Assembly (NCBI GenBank): GCA_963820205.1
Contig: CAWFZJ010000024.1
Span: 14 to 64,013, forward strand
DNA: 64,000 nt
Direction of reading: 5' to 3'
Source of the DNA: an uncultured Verrucomicrobiae bacterium
GTDB taxonomy: Bacteria; Verrucomicrobiota; Verrucomicrobiia; Limisphaerales; UBA11358
Both the position numbers and the translations under genes were made by a program. Positions 9,243 through 20,505 of the stretch are shown here, piece by piece. Below the pieces are notes generated by a model. It saw only the letters and a program-made list of their open reading frames with translations, was not told the DNA's origin and made no database searches. The stretch's first letter is position 1, and the number at the start of each line of letters is the position of its first letter.

Positions 9243-10007
9243 ATGAACAAAGAACGCAAATTGATTATTGCCGGCAACTGGAAGATGAACAAAACCGTGG
9301 CCGAGGCGCTGGCGCTGGTCAGCAACCTCAAACTGGCGCTGGCCAATATCCGGGAGGTGGACATCGTCGTCTGCCCGCCCTTCACGGCGCTGGAATCGGT
9401 GTCCAAGGCCGTTCTCGATTCGAATCTCCGGCTCGGCGCGCAAAACATGAGCGAGCAGAATTTCGGCGCGTTCACCGGCGAGATTTGCGCGGGGATGCTC
9501 AAGGAATTCTCCGTGCGCTACGTCATTCTCGGCCATTCCGAGCGGCGCCAATATCAAAAGGAATCCAACTCGCTCATCTCCAGAAAAGCGGCGGCGGTCC
9601 ATGGCGCCTCGCTCAAGCCCATTGTCTGCGTGGGGGAAACGCTTGAGGAGCGCGAGGGAGGACAGACGGAAAAGGTTTTGGAGACGCAGGTGCGCGGCAG
9701 CCTTGCCGGTTTGACGAAGGAACAAATGGTTGAGACCATCGTTGCTTACGAACCGGTCTGGGCCATCGGCACGGGCAAAACCGCAACCACGCAGCAGGCG
9801 CAGGACGCGCACGCCTTCATTCGTTCGCTGTTGATGAAGATTTTTGACGAAGCCGTCGCCAAAAAAGTCCGCATTCAATACGGCGGCAGTGTGAAACCGG
9901 CGAACGCGCGAGAGTTGATGGGCCAGCCGGACGTGGACGGCGCGCTGGTCGGCGGCGCATCGCTTGAACCGCGGAGTTTCGCTGACATTATTAAAAATTC
10001 GATATAG
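9243..10007 (+). CDS. tpiA: triose-phosphate isomerase
   Basis: IAGNWKMNKT, ILGHSERR, AYEPVWAIGTG and YGGSVKP, in the conserved pgk-tpiA-secG order. Confidence 0.95.
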   Translation: MNKERKLIIAGNWKMNKTVAEALALVSNLKLALANIREVDIVVCPPFTALESVSKAVLDSNLRLGAQNMSEQNFGAFTGEICAGMLKEFSVRYVILGHSERRQYQKESNSLISRKAAAVHGASLKPIVCVGETLEEREGGQTEKVLETQVRGSLAGLTKEQMVETIVAYEPVWAIGTGKTATTQQAQDAHAFIRSLLMKIFDEAVAKKVRIQYGGSVKPANARELMGQPDVDGALVGGASLEPRSFADIIKNSI

Positions 10008-10016
10008 AAATTAATT

Positions 10017-10472
10017 ATGAGCGGTTTTTTTGTTGGAATTTTGACAGTTATTCTGGTGCTCAACTGTGCGCTGTTGATTTTGCTGATTTTGATTCAACTG
10101 CCCAAAAAGGATGCCGGCGCCGGCATGGCGTTTGGCGGCGCGGCGGCGGATGCGCTGTTCGGCGCGGGGTCGGGCAATGTGCTGACCAAGGTTACGAAAT
10201 ACGCGACCGTGGTTTTTTTTGTGCTAGCCTTGTTTCTCGGCTATTTGCAAGACCAGGTGCATAAGAACAGCAGTGCCTTGGAGTTTGAAAAACAGTTGCA
10301 GCAAAAACAAACGCAAACCCCGATTTCCGCGCCACAACCGGCAACGACGCCTGCCTCCCAACCGGCGACGCCTCCCGCTTCCCAACCAACGGCTGCGCCG
10401 GCGAACAAGTTGCTGGAAGTCCCCCTGTCTGCGCCAACCAATGCACCGGAAGCGCCGAAGCAATCAAAATAA
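10017..10472 (+). CDS. secG: preprotein translocase subunit SecG with a Pro/Ala/Thr-rich tail
   Basis: Two TM helices flank LPKKDAGAGMAFGG..ALFGAGSGNVLTKVT. It lies directly after tpiA. Confidence 0.8.
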   Translation: MSGFFVGILTVILVLNCALLILLILIQLPKKDAGAGMAFGGAAADALFGAGSGNVLTKVTKYATVVFFVLALFLGYLQDQVHKNSSALEFEKQLQQKQTQTPISAPQPATTPASQPATPPASQPTAAPANKLLEVPLSAPTNAPEAPKQSK

Positions 10473-10491
10473 CGCGGCGACCATTTTCAAC

Positions 10492-10531
10492 CGCGCCCGC
10501 CGGATTTTTCGCGGGCGCGTTTTTGTTTTTT
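10492..10531. terminator. intrinsic terminator hairpin between convergent secG and the MFS gene
   Basis: 9-bp GC stem cgcgcccgc (10492-10500) / gcgggcgcg (10511-19), a 10-nt loop, then tttttgtttttt (10520-31). Confidence 0.7.
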
Positions 10532-10558
10532 GGCCATGTGGGATACCTTGGCCGTCCT

Positions 10559-12028
10559 TTAGTCCTCGCGCCCTGCTTCATGAACGCAGGCGTACTTGCG
10601 AAGGATAATCAAACCGACTGGCGCAACGGTGGCGATGAGGGCCACGATCAACCAGAGGGTTCCCGAATGTCTCACCCCGATCTCCGGGCAATACTTTGTC
10701 AATAGCATACCCGAGAAAGTCCCGAACAGAAGTTTCGCGAGCAGGAAGGGCACATAGGAGAGGGCGCTGTAAGAGGCCTCCTGACCTTTGGGCGCGATGG
10801 CTGCGGCATATTCATAGACGCGCGGCGAGTAAAAAGCCTCCCCGACTGAAAGGAGGGCAACAAACAAAACGATCATGACATAATAGGGATGAACCTCGCC
10901 GTGCAGTCCAAGGTAACCATGGCCCAACCAGCGGCCCACGAAGCCGGTTGCCAGTGGCTTGAACCACACCGTAGGCAGGGCCATGATGAATACCGACGCA
11001 ACTGAAATAATGGCACCCAGCGTCACCATCTTGTAAGCAGAAAACCTTTGGGTGAGGGCGCCAATGAACGGGGCAAGGAAGATGATGAGGATGCTGTTGA
11101 TCGCCCAGAGCCGGCCGATGGGTGCGCCTTCTCCCAATTCGCGGATGCCGAACTTCGGGTAAACATAATACATCTGCATGAAGATCAGCTTCAGAAAAGC
11201 AATCAGCACGAGAAAGAGCAGAAGCCGGTAGAATCCGGTCTGGCGCAAAAGCACCCTGGAGAGCCGGACCGTCTCGCGCAGACTGTCGCGTACGGTCAAA
11301 CACATTGAGTTCCAAAGGTTCTCCCGCTGGTACCTGGCTTCACGGGGAACAATTTTTGGGCCTTCGTCGGTCGCCTCGACTCCATCGCGCAAGAACCACA
11401 GAACCGGCAACAGCAAAATTTCAATCACCAGGCTCGCAAGAAACATGGTTTGATAGGTGGTAATCCTGATGCCGAACAGCGCAAGATGGCCGTGCTCTCC
11501 CAGGTGCTGCCGCACAAAATCGAAGAGAAAAGCGGCGAAAAGGAAGCCGAAATTCATCATCGTGTAGAAAACCGAGAACGAGATGGACCGCTGTTTCGTG
11601 TTGGAGTAACGGCGGATGGCGGCGATCGAAACAGGAGCGCTCAAAGCCTCGCCTATCGCCAGGGGGGCCAGCCCGCCAATGAGCGCCAGCCATTTGAGAT
11701 GCGTAAAGGCCATTACTGCGCGAGCAAAAATGCAGATCCAGACGCCCAGAAAAAATGTCCGGCGCAAGCCGAGGGCATCCGTGAGCGAGCCGACAAGCAC
11801 AATCGCCACGGTCATCATTCCGGACCAGACAGCCACCAGACCCAGGGCTTTCTCGTCGCTGAATCCCAAATCAGACGAAAACCAGAGGACGAGGGTCAAG
11901 TTCGTCACGGCGTAAGCCGCGATTACGAGAAGCTTGACCGCAAACACCAGCCACAACTCCCGCACTGCTCCTTTCAGGACGGCAAATTTGTCGAGAAAAC
12001 CCCGGGGTGCTTGCGGAGTATCAGCCAT
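10559..12028 (-). CDS. MFS transporter
   Basis: 489 aa with about 12-14 hydrophobic segments and an MFS-like loop GSLTDALGLRRTF between TM2 and TM3. The substrate cannot be called. Confidence 0.7.
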   Translation of the reverse strand: MADTPQAPRGFLDKFAVLKGAVRELWLVFAVKLLVIAAYAVTNLTLVLWFSSDLGFSDEKALGLVAVWSGMMTVAIVLVGSLTDALGLRRTFFLGVWICIFARAVMAFTHLKWLALIGGLAPLAIGEALSAPVSIAAIRRYSNTKQRSISFSVFYTMMNFGFLFAAFLFDFVRQHLGEHGHLALFGIRITTYQTMFLASLVIEILLLPVLWFLRDGVEATDEGPKIVPREARYQRENLWNSMCLTVRDSLRETVRLSRVLLRQTGFYRLLLFLVLIAFLKLIFMQMYYVYPKFGIRELGEGAPIGRLWAINSILIIFLAPFIGALTQRFSAYKMVTLGAIISVASVFIMALPTVWFKPLATGFVGRWLGHGYLGLHGEVHPYYVMIVLFVALLSVGEAFYSPRVYEYAAAIAPKGQEASYSALSYVPFLLAKLLFGTFSGMLLTKYCPEIGVRHSGTLWLIVALIATVAPVGLIILRKYACVHEAGRED

Positions 12029-12216
12029 GTGCCTGTCTTGTAATGAAATTCACTGTCACTGTGTTGGACGAATTTGAAACCAAGCAGGCGCCGAGTAAAG
12101 GAAGAACATGGCACAAACGCTTACACCGGCTGCGGACTTGGGAAAGTAAAGCACAGCGCGTCATTCCGTGCATGCCGGGTTATTTTGTTTTGGTGATGGG
12201 TAGAAAACTGTCCGTC

Positions 12217-14046
12217 TTACCAGACAAATAATCCCGGATTCGCCAGCGAAGAAAGGCCGAGCAATGTTGCGGCGTGGCCTTGTTGCGCAACGGCCAGTAG
12301 GCGTTGAAATCTTTTTCCAGTTTCTCGCAGTTCGCGAATGCCCGACCTGGCCAATCGTTTTGCCTCGGAAATTTTTCCCGCCGCCCGCGCCTGCTGCCAC
12401 AGCATGAACTGGCATGACTGCGCGGCCATGCGCGCCGCCAAATCCAATTCCAGCGCGAGGATTTTTGCCTTGGAAGTGTCGGCTTTTTTTAGCAGCGCAC
12501 TTTGTTTCTCAATTTCCTTCAGCGCGGCGCGGATATTTTTGCCGGAAATCCGCGCGTAATGTTTCAATCCGTTCCGGCAAAACAATTCACGCTGTTCCGG
12601 CGGCGGCGCAGCGATGACCGTTCCCAGCGGTGTTTCGTTGGGAGCGGTGAATTTCAACTTACGATGCGCCAAGCCGAGCGCGAAAACCGCTTTGGCCGCG
12701 TTCCCGGTCGGGTCCTTGAAAACGTCGCGGCTCAAAACCGGGATGAGCTTCGCCTCGTCAAAGGTTTTGGCGCACCAGCTTAACGACGCGCCAGCCAGAT
12801 AGGGCAGGTAACTGACGGCCAGCGGCTGCGGATGTCCGCCGTCACCCCAATCGGTGATGAGATAACCGATGGCACCGTGCTTGAGTCCGGCCTTGGCGGC
12901 GGCGCGCATATTGGCCAGCGCGTTGTCATGCCGGCCAATCAAGGTTTGCCACGTCGAGGTGCCGGGACAGACGTAAAATGGGATTTTTGCCTTCGCAAAC
13001 AACGCGGCCTCGCGGTCAAACGGATGGTCCGCTTCGTAGCCCCAGTTCAGGGCGACAAGGTTCGGAGTTCCGCCTTTAGGCGGCGTTTGCAGTGAATCGC
13101 CCGAACCGCCTGAAGGCGGAACTCCAAACGTGTGTAATTTGGGAATAAGCTTTGGATATTTCAAAATGATATCGCCCCAAAACGTCATGCGCTTGCCGCG
13201 TGCGGTAACCTCCTGATGAATTTTTTCCAAGAAATCCAGATAAACCCGGCCCTGGCCTTTTTCCGCGCAAAGTTTTTTGCTCTGGCCGCGGCCCAGGTCC
13301 CAGGTTTCGTCGCAACCGACATTGAAGAACTGGCTCGAAAAGTTCGGCAGCAGTTCGTCGTACAACCCGCGCAGGAAGGGCAGGGTGCCGGGGTGATTCG
13401 GCGCGAGCGTGGATGGCCGGCGGACAAATTCGCCGCCGCCGTCAGCGTAAGGTCCGGAAACCTCGGCCAGCTCTTTGAGATTCGGTCGTTCCAGAAATTG
13501 TTCCAGGTGGCCGAAGGAATTCTGGTTGGGCACGAGGGCAATCCCCAGTTGCTGGCAGTGCGCGTCGAGCTGCCGAATCTCTTCGCCGGTCAGCGCGCCC
13601 CAGCTTTCCCAGACGGATTGGTGATCGCGGTAGGCGAACGTGTGTTCGGTGTAAAGCTGAAGCTCGTTGAGCTTGAAATCGGCGAGGCGACTGGCGAGTT
13701 TGAGCAGCGTTTCAAGCTTGGGCACCCGGCCCCGCGAAATGTCAAGCATCACGCCGCGACGCGCGAAATCCGGCCAATCGCGGATTACAAGGCAGGGCAG
13801 GGTGCGTCCGTATTGGCGTGATAATTGTCGAAACGTCGCCATGGCGGCTCGCATGCCGCCAATTTCACGAAATTCGATCCTCACGCCCTTGCGATCAATG
13901 GTCAGTGTGTAGCCTTCCGGATGCGGCGGAGCGGAGTCGCTGGTGACGACGGAAAACGGCGGGCGCGATTGCTGTTCCGGCAGCGTGAGCGTGCCCGGAA
14001 GCAGCTTCAACGAGCGAGGGCAGGGGAGCAGGACGGGCGATTTCAC
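12217..14046 (-). CDS. glycoside hydrolase family 20-like protein (beta-N-acetylhexosaminidase fold)
   Basis: GTG start. RGVMLDISRGRVPKLETLLKLASRLADFKLNELQLYTEHTF, VPNQNSFGH and FFNVGCDETWDLG fit the GH20 catalytic TIM barrel. It carries an in-frame palindromic insert at 13060-13129. Confidence 0.65.
   Translation of the reverse strand: MKSPVLLPCPRSLKLLPGTLTLPEQQSRPPFSVVTSDSAPPHPEGYTLTIDRKGVRIEFREIGGMRAAMATFRQLSRQYGRTLPCLVIRDWPDFARRGVMLDISRGRVPKLETLLKLASRLADFKLNELQLYTEHTFAYRDHQSVWESWGALTGEEIRQLDAHCQQLGIALVPNQNSFGHLEQFLERPNLKELAEVSGPYADGGGEFVRRPSTLAPNHPGTLPFLRGLYDELLPNFSSQFFNVGCDETWDLGRGQSKKLCAEKGQGRVYLDFLEKIHQEVTARGKRMTFWGDIILKYPKLIPKLHTFGVPPSGGSGDSLQTPPKGGTPNLVALNWGYEADHPFDREAALFAKAKIPFYVCPGTSTWQTLIGRHDNALANMRAAAKAGLKHGAIGYLITDWGDGGHPQPLAVSYLPYLAGASLSWCAKTFDEAKLIPVLSRDVFKDPTGNAAKAVFALGLAHRKLKFTAPNETPLGTVIAAPPPEQRELFCRNGLKHYARISGKNIRAALKEIEKQSALLKKADTSKAKILALELDLAARMAAQSCQFMLWQQARAAGKISEAKRLARSGIRELRETGKRFQRLLAVAQQGHAATLLGLSSLANPGLFVW
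13060..13129. repeat. palindromic REP-like element lying in frame inside the GH20 CDS
   Basis: The arms ggagttccgcct (13064-75) and aggcggaactcc (13114-25) are exact reverse complements. On the minus strand the element is translated as FGVPPSGGSGDSLQTPPKGGTPN without breaking the 609-aa ORF. Confidence 0.8.
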
Positions 14047-14144
14047 AAATGCCGCTGATTATTTTGTGACAGAATCATCACGTTTTCCGCGCGCCGTTGA
14101 GCCAGCCGCCCGCGTCCTCCAAGAGGAGTTTCGCCGGTGCCTCA

Positions 14145-14456
14145 TTATTTGCAATGCGGACAATTCTTGGGCGGCAGTTCACGGATGAAAGCCCACGAAA
14201 CTTCGGCGGTCTGGCCGTTGTCGTAATGAACGTAAAAACCGGCCTGACACCAATCCTCAAGCTCCACCCGCTCGACCTGCGCTTTGGGTGAGATGTGATT
14301 GGCTTTGCGAATGGTCGCGTGCGGTTCGAGAAAGGTCAGGCCATCCTCAAAATCCACCTCGAACGCGTCTTCCCAGGCCAGATAACGCACGGCGGTAAGG
14401 TCAACCATTTTGGCGGTGCCAAACGGTTTTTTCAGTCGCGACAATGTTGGTGTCAT
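14145..14456 (-). CDS. DUF2442-like small protein
   Basis: ATG 14456 (MTPTLSRLKK..) overlaps the stop of the upstream DUF4160-like gene in an ATGA. The sequence AVRYLAWEDAFEVDFEDGLTFLEP..GFYVHYDNGQTAEVSWAFI has a DUF2442-like pattern. Confidence 0.6.
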   Translation of the reverse strand: MTPTLSRLKKPFGTAKMVDLTAVRYLAWEDAFEVDFEDGLTFLEPHATIRKANHISPKAQVERVELEDWCQAGFYVHYDNGQTAEVSWAFIRELPPKNCPHCK

Positions 14457-14653
14457 AAACGGCCTTTGCTTTTCAATTCCATGATTATACTTACCAAATC
14501 TTTTGGCGGTGTCCAGTTTTCCATGCCTAGCAACGTGTCCACATCCACACGGCCAAGCTTTTTGCCCTTGGCCGTTCGCACATGGACATGACGCGGCGTA
14601 TGATCGCCAATCCACCAGAAAATAATATAGCCGCCTCGCCGGACCTTGCCCAT
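14453..14653 (-). CDS. DUF4160-like small protein
   Basis: 66 aa. GGYIIFWWIGDHTPRHVHV resembles the DUF4160 core (..H.PPH.H.). It has a 4-nt overlap with the downstream DUF2442-like gene. Confidence 0.6.
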   Translation of the reverse strand: MGKVRRGGYIIFWWIGDHTPRHVHVRTAKGKKLGRVDVDTLLGMENWTPPKDLVSIIMELKSKGRL

Positions 14654-14665
14654 AGCTCACCTGGT

Positions 14666-15214
14666 TTACTTCGCAATCATTCCTGTTTTCCGCGCATAGT
14701 TGAACAAGCCGCCGGCATCCACGACCGGGCGGACGTCGCCGAGCGGTTTGAATTTGAAAACCTTGCCCGTCGCCTTGACGGTGACAGTTGCCGTGTCGAG
14801 GTCAACGATGACCACATCGCCATTTTTCAGCGTGTCGCACAGGCGCTCGGTGATTTCGCAGGGATAAAGCTCCCCGGTGGCGACGCTGTTGCGGAAGAAA
14901 ATGCGCGCAAAACTCTCGGCCAGCACGATTTTGCAGCCGGCCGAGCCGAGCGCGATGGGGGCGTGTTCGCGCGAACTGCCGCAGCCGAAATTTTTTCCGG
15001 CGACGACAATCGGATACTCGCTGTCGAGCTTGCCGCTTTTGACGAACCGCTCCGGATAAAGCGGCTCGGGCAGGCCGCAAAGCGCAAAGCTGCCGAGCTT
15101 TTCGTATTCGTCGGGCATCGTCGGCACGAGCGTCAGATACTGCGCGGGAATGATCTGGTCGGTGTCAATGTTGTCGCGCACCACATACACCGGCCCGGTA
15201 AAAACGGATTGCAT
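14666..15214 (-). CDS. leuD: 3-isopropylmalate dehydratase small-subunit-like protein (aconitase swivel domain)
   Basis: From ATG 15214: [44 protein letters not shown] and [10 protein letters not shown]. No large-subunit gene is adjacent. Confidence 0.8.
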   Translation of the reverse strand: MQSVFTGPVYVVRDNIDTDQIIPAQYLTLVPTMPDEYEKLGSFALCGLPEPLYPERFVKSGKLDSEYPIVVAGKNFGCGSSREHAPIALGSAGCKIVLAESFARIFFRNSVATGELYPCEITERLCDTLKNGDVVIVDLDTATVTVKATGKVFKFKPLGDVRPVVDAGGLFNYARKTGMIAK

Positions 15215-15582
15215 GGCGGGAATGTGCCGCTTGCGAGCGCGATTTTCAATTTGAAAATCAATTCGCACAAAATCGGGATCATCTGCGCACTGCCCCCATT
15301 GGGTAATGGCAGGCCTCCTGCCTGCCGTATCCAGCGGCATCTTTGCCGCCCGGGCCACAAAAAAGAATCCACGTCATAACCTTGTTTCCCAATCAACCTA
15401 CCCGGCTGGAAGCCGGGCGACACGGCAGCCAGGATGGCTGCCGCTACGAGGGCAGTGTGCGGATGAGACCCACAAGATCGGCACCTTGGCAACGCAACCT
15501 TTGTGACTTGCCTCCTTCCGGTGGCTGGATAAGCTCGCACTCGCACTGACCTGAGAATATTAACCAATCAATCCATCGTCCT

Positions 15583-16614
15583 ATGCCTATCACTGCTGCT
15601 CAAATAGCGGAACAACTTCGGGGCGAAGTCCTCGGCGACGGTTCGGTTCAACTCACCGGTTTCGCGCCCGCCGACTGCGCCCGCCCCGGCGATCTTACCT
15701 TTGCCGAAAAAGAAACCCATTTCGCCGCTGCCGAACAAAGCCAGGCTGCCGCCATTCTCGTAGCGGAAGCATTCGCGCCATCGAAGAAAGTTCTCATCCG
15801 CGTGCACAATGCGCGGGTGGCCATGGCCCGGGTGTTGCCGCTCTTTTTTCCACCGGACCAGCCGCCGGCCGGCATCCATCCGGGCGCGGTCATTGCCGGC
15901 TCGGCGCAGATTGATTCCACGGCGCACATCGGACCGGGTTGCGTGGTAAGCGCGCGCGTGCGGCTCGGCGCCCGGTCGGTGCTCATGGGCGGCAACCATA
16001 TCGGGCGCGATTGTCAGATTGGCGACGACGTGTGTTTGTTCCCCAATGTCGTCATCTATGCGCGGACGCAGATCGGAAACCGGGTCAGCATTCACGCCGG
16101 CACGGTCATCGGGTCGGACGGTTACGGCTACGTGTTCGACGAAGGCCGCCACCGCAAAGTGCTGCAGGTTGGCAACGTGATCATCCACAACGATGTGGAG
16201 ATCGGGGCCAACAGCGCCATTGACCGCGCCGCGCTCGGCTCCACTGTTATCGGAGAAGGGACCAAGATAGACAATCTCGTGCATGTCGCGCACAACGTCA
16301 TCATTGGCCGTCACTGCATCGTGATGGGGCAGTCGGGCTTTGCCGGCAGCACGCGCCTGGGAGATTATTGCGTGATTGCCTCGCAGTCAGGAATTGCGGG
16401 ACATTTGAAGCTGGGCAACCAGGCCACCGTTGGCGCGAAGTCCGGCGTGATGCGGGACATCCCGGACGGAGGGGTGGTGCTAGGCTACCCGGCCATGCCG
16501 GACAAACAAGCCAAGCGGCAGATGATCGCGGCGCAACAGTTGCCGGAGTTGATTCGGCGGATGCGCGAACTCGAAAAACAAGTCGAACAACTCAGCGCCA
16601 AAGCCGGCGTGTAA
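15583..16614 (+). CDS. lpxD: UDP-3-O-acylglucosamine N-acyltransferase
   Basis: The N-terminal domain is MPITAAQIAEQLRGEVLGDG...PGDLTFAE. It is followed by a long left-handed beta-helix hexapeptide region and the C-terminal helix LPELIRRMRELEKQ. Confidence 0.9.
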   Translation: MPITAAQIAEQLRGEVLGDGSVQLTGFAPADCARPGDLTFAEKETHFAAAEQSQAAAILVAEAFAPSKKVLIRVHNARVAMARVLPLFFPPDQPPAGIHPGAVIAGSAQIDSTAHIGPGCVVSARVRLGARSVLMGGNHIGRDCQIGDDVCLFPNVVIYARTQIGNRVSIHAGTVIGSDGYGYVFDEGRHRKVLQVGNVIIHNDVEIGANSAIDRAALGSTVIGEGTKIDNLVHVAHNVIIGRHCIVMGQSGFAGSTRLGDYCVIASQSGIAGHLKLGNQATVGAKSGVMRDIPDGGVVLGYPAMPDKQAKRQMIAAQQLPELIRRMRELEKQVEQLSAKAGV

Positions 16615-16806
16615 ACGGCGCGCGGAAAGTTCGGGTTGGCGAAGCTTTTTGATCTGGATTTCCCGGCTTTTGAAATACGGCATTGGCGCTTGCCGAAACA
16701 GCAGGCGCAGTTCCCAGTATTCACCTCGTCCGCTATTTGCCTGCCCATTCCAAAGGGCTGGCAGTTCCAAGGGTTTTGGCATGAAATCTGCCTTCAAAAT
16801 CGCCTT

Positions 16807-17505
16807 ATGCGGAGTAACCAGAGGATATTGCCGCCGGTTCCAGTCACATTGATTGGGGCACTGCCGGTGCTTGTCCTGTTGGCATTTTGTGTATGTGCGG
16901 CACGCGTCAATCATTCGAAACGCACGGTTGGCACATGCGGCATGTTCACCAGAAATCTGGCTGCTGTGCCAGGGGCGGCGGAATCAGTTCAGGCAGTTTA
17001 CAGCCTGACGTCCCTGCAATTTTACTTCAAAGCGCCTCCATTGCCTGCTTCCGCGCCATTTATCAGGACCGTGCCTGCCGCCGTCCTGACAGTTGTGTCG
17101 CAGAGCCTGCCGCCGACTAATTCTCCCAAACCCGCCGTACTTGACGATCGGCGGCTTATCGCCTTGGGGGCGATTGAGACCGGCAATAACGACAACGAAA
17201 TCGGCCGGGCCGGCGAGGTCAGCCGCTATCAAATCATGCCCTCGGTGTGGAAACACTACAGCCATTCAAGTTATTACGATAATCCGCAGGTTTCCCGGGC
17301 AGTTGCCCAGCAACACTGGTCGTCGCTGCGTGCTTCCTTCAAGAAACAAACCGGACGCGAGCCGGACAACTTCGACATGTATGTGCTGTGGAACACCTGC
17401 TACGGCTACTACGCCAGCAAAGGTTTCCAGCCCGCCCGCCTGGATCCGGCGGTGCGCGACCGCGCCCAACGATTCGTGAACCTGGTTGAGCGCGGCGAAT
17501 CGTAG
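16807..17505 (+). CDS. membrane-anchored lytic transglycosylase-like (SLT-like) protein
   Basis: ATG 16807 precedes a TM helix (LIGALPVLVLLAFCVCAA). The C-terminal AIETGNNDNEIGRAGEVSRYQIMPSVW resembles the SLT catalytic E-(S/T) ... Q.MP motif. The start and the family are uncertain. Confidence 0.45.
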   Translation: MRSNQRILPPVPVTLIGALPVLVLLAFCVCAARVNHSKRTVGTCGMFTRNLAAVPGAAESVQAVYSLTSLQFYFKAPPLPASAPFIRTVPAAVLTVVSQSLPPTNSPKPAVLDDRRLIALGAIETGNNDNEIGRAGEVSRYQIMPSVWKHYSHSSYYDNPQVSRAVAQQHWSSLRASFKKQTGREPDNFDMYVLWNTCYGYYASKGFQPARLDPAVRDRAQRFVNLVERGES

Positions 17506-17573
17506 CTGGTGTGTTGAATATTGCCGCCGGCCTTCAACCTTGCCGCTGACGATTTAACTCCTATAATTTCGCG

Positions 17574-18910
<1,337 letters not shown>

Positions 18911-18999
18911 TGATTAAGATACCGAATTTGCGATTTACTGAATGTTTTCGCCGCGAAACTTCGCTGGACAAATCATCAATCATCAATCGTAAATCATAA

Positions 19000-20505
19000 A
19001 TGAAAATTCTCCTGGCCAGCAGCGAAGTCCATCCGTATTCCAAAACCGGCGGGCTGGCGGACATGGTTGGCGCGCTGGGCAAGGCGCTGGCGCGCGCAGG
19101 TCATGAAGCGCGCATCGTCACGCCGCTGTATCGGGGCATCCACGAGCGCTTCCCGGCCATGCGCCGCGTGGACTGGCAATTCGATCTGCCGCTGGGCGCT
19201 CGGCGGGTGCAGGCGCATTTGTGGGCGCTGGAAGTCGAAAAAGGACTGACGGTTTATTTCGTTGACCAGCCGGAATTCTATCAACGCGGCGGGCTTTACC
19301 TGGAGAACCACGTCAGTTACCCGGATAACGCCGAACGGTTCATTTTCTTTTCAAAGTGCGTCGTGCATCTGGCCCGTTATCTTCCGTGGCGGCCGGACCT
19401 CGTGCATGTCCATGACTGGCAGGTTGGGCTGGTGCCGGCATTGATGCTGCACCAGCGGCGCGCCGAAGGGTGGGGGAATCCACCCCCGACTTGCCTGACG
19501 ATTCACAATCTCGCCTATCAGGGAACTTTTCCGGCCGGTGCGTTCGCGCTGACTAATTTGCCAGGGGAATATTTCACAGCCGGGGGCGCTGAATTTTACC
19601 AGCAATTGAACTGCCTCAAGGCCGGAATCGCGTTTGCCGATGCGATTACAACGGTGAGTCCGCGTTACGCGCGCGAAATCATGACCGAGGAGTTCGGGTG
19701 CGGACTGGATGGATTATTGCGTCAGCGGCAGAACCGGCTTTTCGGGATTCTCAACGGCGTGGATCATGAGGAATGGAACACCCTGCACGATCCGTTTCTC
19801 AAACATCCGTATTCCGCGACACGGCTGGCGGGCAAGCGAAAGAACAAAATCGCATTGCAAACGGAACTGGGTTTGCCGGTGGCAGCGGAGGCGCCGCTGT
19901 TCGGCACCATTACCCGGCTCACCGAACAAAAAGGTGTGGACATCCAATTGGGCGCGCTCGAGGAAATGTTAAGCGCGCACATCCAGTTCGTTTTAATCGG
20001 TAGCGGTTCCGCGGCTTATGAACGCGCGTATCTCGATCTCGCGCGGCGATTCCCATCCCAGGTCGCCGTCCGCATCGGCTACGACGAAGGCTTGTCGCAC
20101 CGGATTGAGGCCGGGTGCGATTTCTACCTCATGCCGTCGTGCTTCGAACCGAGCGGCTTGAATCAAATGTACAGCCTGCGTTACGGCGCCATTCCCGTCG
20201 TCCGTGCCGTCGGCGGGCTGGATGACAGCGTGATAGATTGTTCTCAGGACCCAATGCGCGCCAACGGAATCAAATTCCACGAATACTCCGCCCGCGCCCT
20301 GGCCAAGGCCATCCGCAAGGCGTTGGCGCTTTACCAGAAACCCGATTTGCTGCGACGCTACCGCCGAAACGCCATGAAGACGGATTTTTCATGGAAACAA
20401 ACCGTCGGCGAATACATTAAAGTGTACGAAGCGGCCAAAAGCTTTAATTTCGGGCCAGATTTGCAAACCAAAGGGCGTATTCGACAACTGCGGCGCTTGA
20501 AATAA
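19000..20505 (+). CDS. glgA: glycogen synthase (GT5)
   Basis: MKILLASSEVHPYSKTGGLADMVGALGKALARAGHEARIVTPLY, IHNLAYQG and the C-terminal PSCFEPSGLNQMYSLRYG. Confidence 0.9.
   Translation: MKILLASSEVHPYSKTGGLADMVGALGKALARAGHEARIVTPLYRGIHERFPAMRRVDWQFDLPLGARRVQAHLWALEVEKGLTVYFVDQPEFYQRGGLYLENHVSYPDNAERFIFFSKCVVHLARYLPWRPDLVHVHDWQVGLVPALMLHQRRAEGWGNPPPTCLTIHNLAYQGTFPAGAFALTNLPGEYFTAGGAEFYQQLNCLKAGIAFADAITTVSPRYAREIMTEEFGCGLDGLLRQRQNRLFGILNGVDHEEWNTLHDPFLKHPYSATRLAGKRKNKIALQTELGLPVAAEAPLFGTITRLTEQKGVDIQLGALEEMLSAHIQFVLIGSGSAAYERAYLDLARRFPSQVAVRIGYDEGLSHRIEAGCDFYLMPSCFEPSGLNQMYSLRYGAIPVVRAVGGLDDSVIDCSQDPMRANGIKFHEYSARALAKAIRKALALYQKPDLLRRYRRNAMKTDFSWKQTVGEYIKVYEAAKSFNFGPDLQTKGRIRQLRRLK

Noticed and set aside
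14666-15214. The orphan leuD-like gene as part of a novel pathway.
   Set aside because: Small-subunit aconitase-fold genes separated from their large subunit do occur. Adjacency may simply have been broken by the neighbouring small insertion. Nothing in the window links the gene to other functions.
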